In this document: one piece after another, positions 61,201 through 64,000 of the stretch
Layout of the letters: each line of letters begins with the position of its first letter
How positions within the stretch are numbered: the first letter of the stretch is position 1
Source: Lingula anatina
Lineage: Eukaryota; Animalia; Brachiopoda
Direction of reading: 5' to 3'
Length of the DNA stretch: 64,000 nt
Assembly: GCA_051362555.1 (NCBI GenBank)
Contig: CM120640.1
Location: 13,702,001 to 13,766,000 of the forward strand
Position numbers and translations under genes: made by a program
Notes under the pieces: generated by a model
What the model was told of the DNA's origin: nothing
Database searches by the model: none
Seen by the model: only the letters and a program-made list of their open reading frames with translations

Positions 61201-63679
61201 AAGAGCCAACTTTCTGATTTCCTTACTAAAACTGATATGTTGCCTTCTTGGTTTCTTAGTTCATCAAATCCCCCTATTAGAAACCCCCTTACTCCATCTA
61301 GTGCTGAAACAGAATATAGTAAAGGATATTTGGATCATACAAATCAAGAATGATAAGAAACACATTGTATTCATGTAGATTTCACATTAAATTTTAAGCT
61401 TTCCTTACGGAAAATATAATAGGAGAGAATCCAAGTGCTTAATCTAACACAAAATAATCTTAAAGTAAAATGGAGTGTTACACTCACAAGTCCCAAAGGT
61501 TGGAGGACATTCAGATGCATCTATCATGGCAAGAATTCCAAGGCTGTCAGCACCAACGTAGTAAATGTGGCCATGTTTCCGCAAGCTGAAAAAAGTACAA
61601 AATAAATGAATAAAACTATCTGCATCTTCTTTTTTATTATTATTATTACATGACCAACACAGAAATACATATTCCACATTTAGAAGTGTGATACATGTAC
61701 CTCAATTTGAAATGAAACTCAGAAATATATTAATCATCTACTAATATACTTTTGGGGATTTCCTTGAGGAAAATAAATGCACTTCACTAAAAGCTGACAA
61801 CAAGCATTACTACAATGAACCCTAGAAAATAATCCGTAAGTATAAAAGAGTAAAAAATCCCACTGACCACTGTCCTGCTAGATTGATAACAGCACCTATG
61901 TATTGTCTACAGTGACCTATGGCCTCATTCACTGTGAGGTATGTTTCAAGAAACTGTTTGGTATTCCTAAAGGGGGAGAAAAGACTTCTTATTGATAATT
62001 ATAATTCTACAGTTAGTTCAACAACCAGGGCAAGTGTAATAAAATAATGATGAACAAAATCCAATTATGTGAAGTGTGTAGTAACTTAAGATCTGCAAAG
62101 TTTTTTTTTTTCAAATAACAAAAATCATTACAAACTTAACAAATTAATCCCTTATCGCGAGCATACCTGAGCTGTTTTTCTTTAAAGAGACTGAAACCCT
62201 GAGCAAACATGACATCTAACAGAATTTTGGTTGCAGTTCCACCCTTCATGCGACTAGATCCTGTTATAGGTTCTGGCTAAAAGAGAAATCCAGGCAATTA
62301 AGTAAAAACACCTCATTTCTGCCATCTACATGTAGAAACATTAAAAATTAAGATATTTAATGACAAACCTTTAGAAACTAAAATCCTAAGATACGATACA
62401 TTTGTCTGGGTTTTAGGGTAAAATAATCCTTGTTTTTAAATCTCTTAACAAGAATAATCACTTATGCAAAAATTGATAGCTTAAATGGGTTTTTATTCTG
62501 CAGATTATTCAAAATGATTTGACTCTACCTACCCCAATTATAGGATTTATGATGCAACAGTTTTTTGTCTTCTGCAGGTTTTCTAGACGCTTACACACTA
62601 CAGCAAGAGAAGTATGAAAATGTCACAGTTAAATGGTTGCTTCAGTCTTATAAAACTGCCTTGCCAGAATTTCAAAGATGATGTGTGCGAACTTCTTCTT
62701 TTTAAAGTACAATGTATTTGCCTGCTTTTATCTCGCCAATAGTGAAATAGAAACATTAAACAATTCATAACAATTTTGCTTAGTATATAAATGAAAGAAC
62801 ATGTGAAGAAATACAGTGTAAGTTTTGTATTAACTATTTTCATTGCTTGAAAACAAACCTTCCAAAATCGTTTTGCTCCAGTTTTCAATAGGCAAATTCC
62901 TAAAATATTAAACATGGAATTAAACACACTATAAAAAATATATCAACCATATAAGTAACTGTGTGATATACAGTGGGCTCTGACATTGGAAGTTATGTTA
63001 TCCATCATAACTAAATAAAACTCTAATGGTTATAATCAATGGTTTACTGAACCAAATTCATCTAAATCACAACCATGAATTGACCAGGCTAAAGTTTCCT
63101 TTATAAAAAAGTTCTCACTTTGCTAAATCCACTGGGTTAAAGCCCATAAGTACAGGAATGTAAGTATCCAGGTTGTCCATACAGAAGTCTAGCTGACCAG
63201 CCACAAATGATGCACTCAGTCCACATGTAATACCAATGTACAAGACTTTCTTCTTGCCTGCACATACCTGTCAATTTACCAACAGACAAGGCCTTTTGGG
63301 GTAAATTTAAAAATGTACATGTCAAAAGTTAATTTTAGATCATGTTATTAATCAATAATGTGTTCTGATTGAGAACAAAATTTATAATTTACTTATCTTT
63401 TTTTTTCAAATGTCAGTTCATAATTATTCTAGTCAATTGATTACTTGCTACTAGTTTATTTACAATCAACTATTTCTTGCATAGCTGTTTCCTAACATTA
63501 CAAAAAGATAAAAACAAATAAATAAATAAAATAATGATAAATAATCTTTTAAAACCCTTTAATATATTTTTAACTAAGTATCAGTAGTACATAACAAGCA
63601 AGAAATAAATACTTCTTGCAACTTCTTTGCTCCAAGCACTGGATCATCTTCTGGCGCTTCCTGAGAGGTGAACAAAGCC
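58271..63679 (-). CDS. GCKR: Glucokinase regulatory protein homolog (SIS-domain, MurQ-related), 5'-truncated by the window edge
   Basis: Exons (minus): 63679-63613, 63267-63119, 62899-62859, 62597-62533, 62276-62167, 61966-61868, 61585-61488, 61303-61227, 60891-60801, 60398-60280, 60076-59877, 59415-59376, 59018-58884, 58399-58271; phases are consistent. Motifs matching vertebrate GKRP as I recall it: GITCGLSASFVAGQLDFC..PVLMGFNPV, GPEPITGSSRMKGGTATKILL, GHIYYVG..LGILAMIDASECPPTFG..VRGFLIG, ATKWVCNAVTTGAHILQGKVYQNYMVDLRVSNNKLFHRA, VVPTAL. Confidence 0.88.
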
Positions 63680-63853
63680 CTAAAACATGAGAGCACAACT
63701 AATAACTAACAAAATATGGAAAACTTGCCAGACTTTCTTTCAGTTTTTCACAGTGAGCACATAAAAACCTACTTGGAAAATTGTTTGAGCAATTAGTGAA
63801 ATTCTTAAAATAAGTAATTGGAAGGGAGTTGCATAAAACATTTATAATAATTA

Positions 63854-64000
63854 CAGGGGCGGATTTAGGCCATCTTCTGAGTCTTCTGGAAGACGGTCAG
63901 ATTTTCAAGTTTACATTGACGGGTATCTAATTTTTACTGTCGGAAGACGGACAAAAATGGAGGATATATCAACAAAGATAAATTGGAAGACTGTCAAAAT
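63854..64000. mobile_element. Possible left end of a short DNA-transposon/MITE in a GCKR intron
   Basis: Abrupt GC-rich CAGGGGCGGATTTAGG start resembling the termini of non-autonomous DNA elements, with an internal repeated GGAAGACGG. The other end is not in the window. Confidence 0.3.

Overview
AT-rich, intron-containing animal genomic DNA, not prokaryotic. An invertebrate, possibly lophotrochozoan, origin is an inference from composition and gene content. Manual splicing of GT-AG exons gives, in order: (1) the last exon of a + strand gene with a six-Cys beta-defensin-like motif and a Thr/Asp/Glu-rich tail (118-392); (2) a complete 8-exon nicotinic acetylcholine receptor alpha subunit, alpha9/10-like (- strand, 1309-10826, 469 aa); (3) a 4-exon type I sialomucin-like membrane protein ending in DDTIL* (+, 15756-17519); (4) HDDC3/MESH1 (-, 19426-21523); (5,6) two tandem Src-family tyrosine kinase genes with identical intron positions and phases (+, 27121-41177, HRDLRAAN type; 46180-54431, HRDLAARN type); (7) the 3' portion of a glucokinase regulatory protein (GCKR) homolog (-, 58271-63679, runs off the window). 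There are also two non-autonomous DNA transposons in Src introns and several microsatellites. The most notable features are in the Src pair. Both kinases carry a duplicated, apparently mutually exclusive last exon (C-lobe end plus regulatory Csk tail), and one Src-1 variant lacks the canonical tail. Src-1 also has a candidate 12-nt SH3 microexon (RKER) at the position of vertebrate neuronal N1-Src, a shortened SH2-kinase linker lacking the conserved Trp, an acidic activation-loop insertion and an internal RPLPxxP SH3 ligand. All gene models were read by eye and need RNA-seq confirmation.
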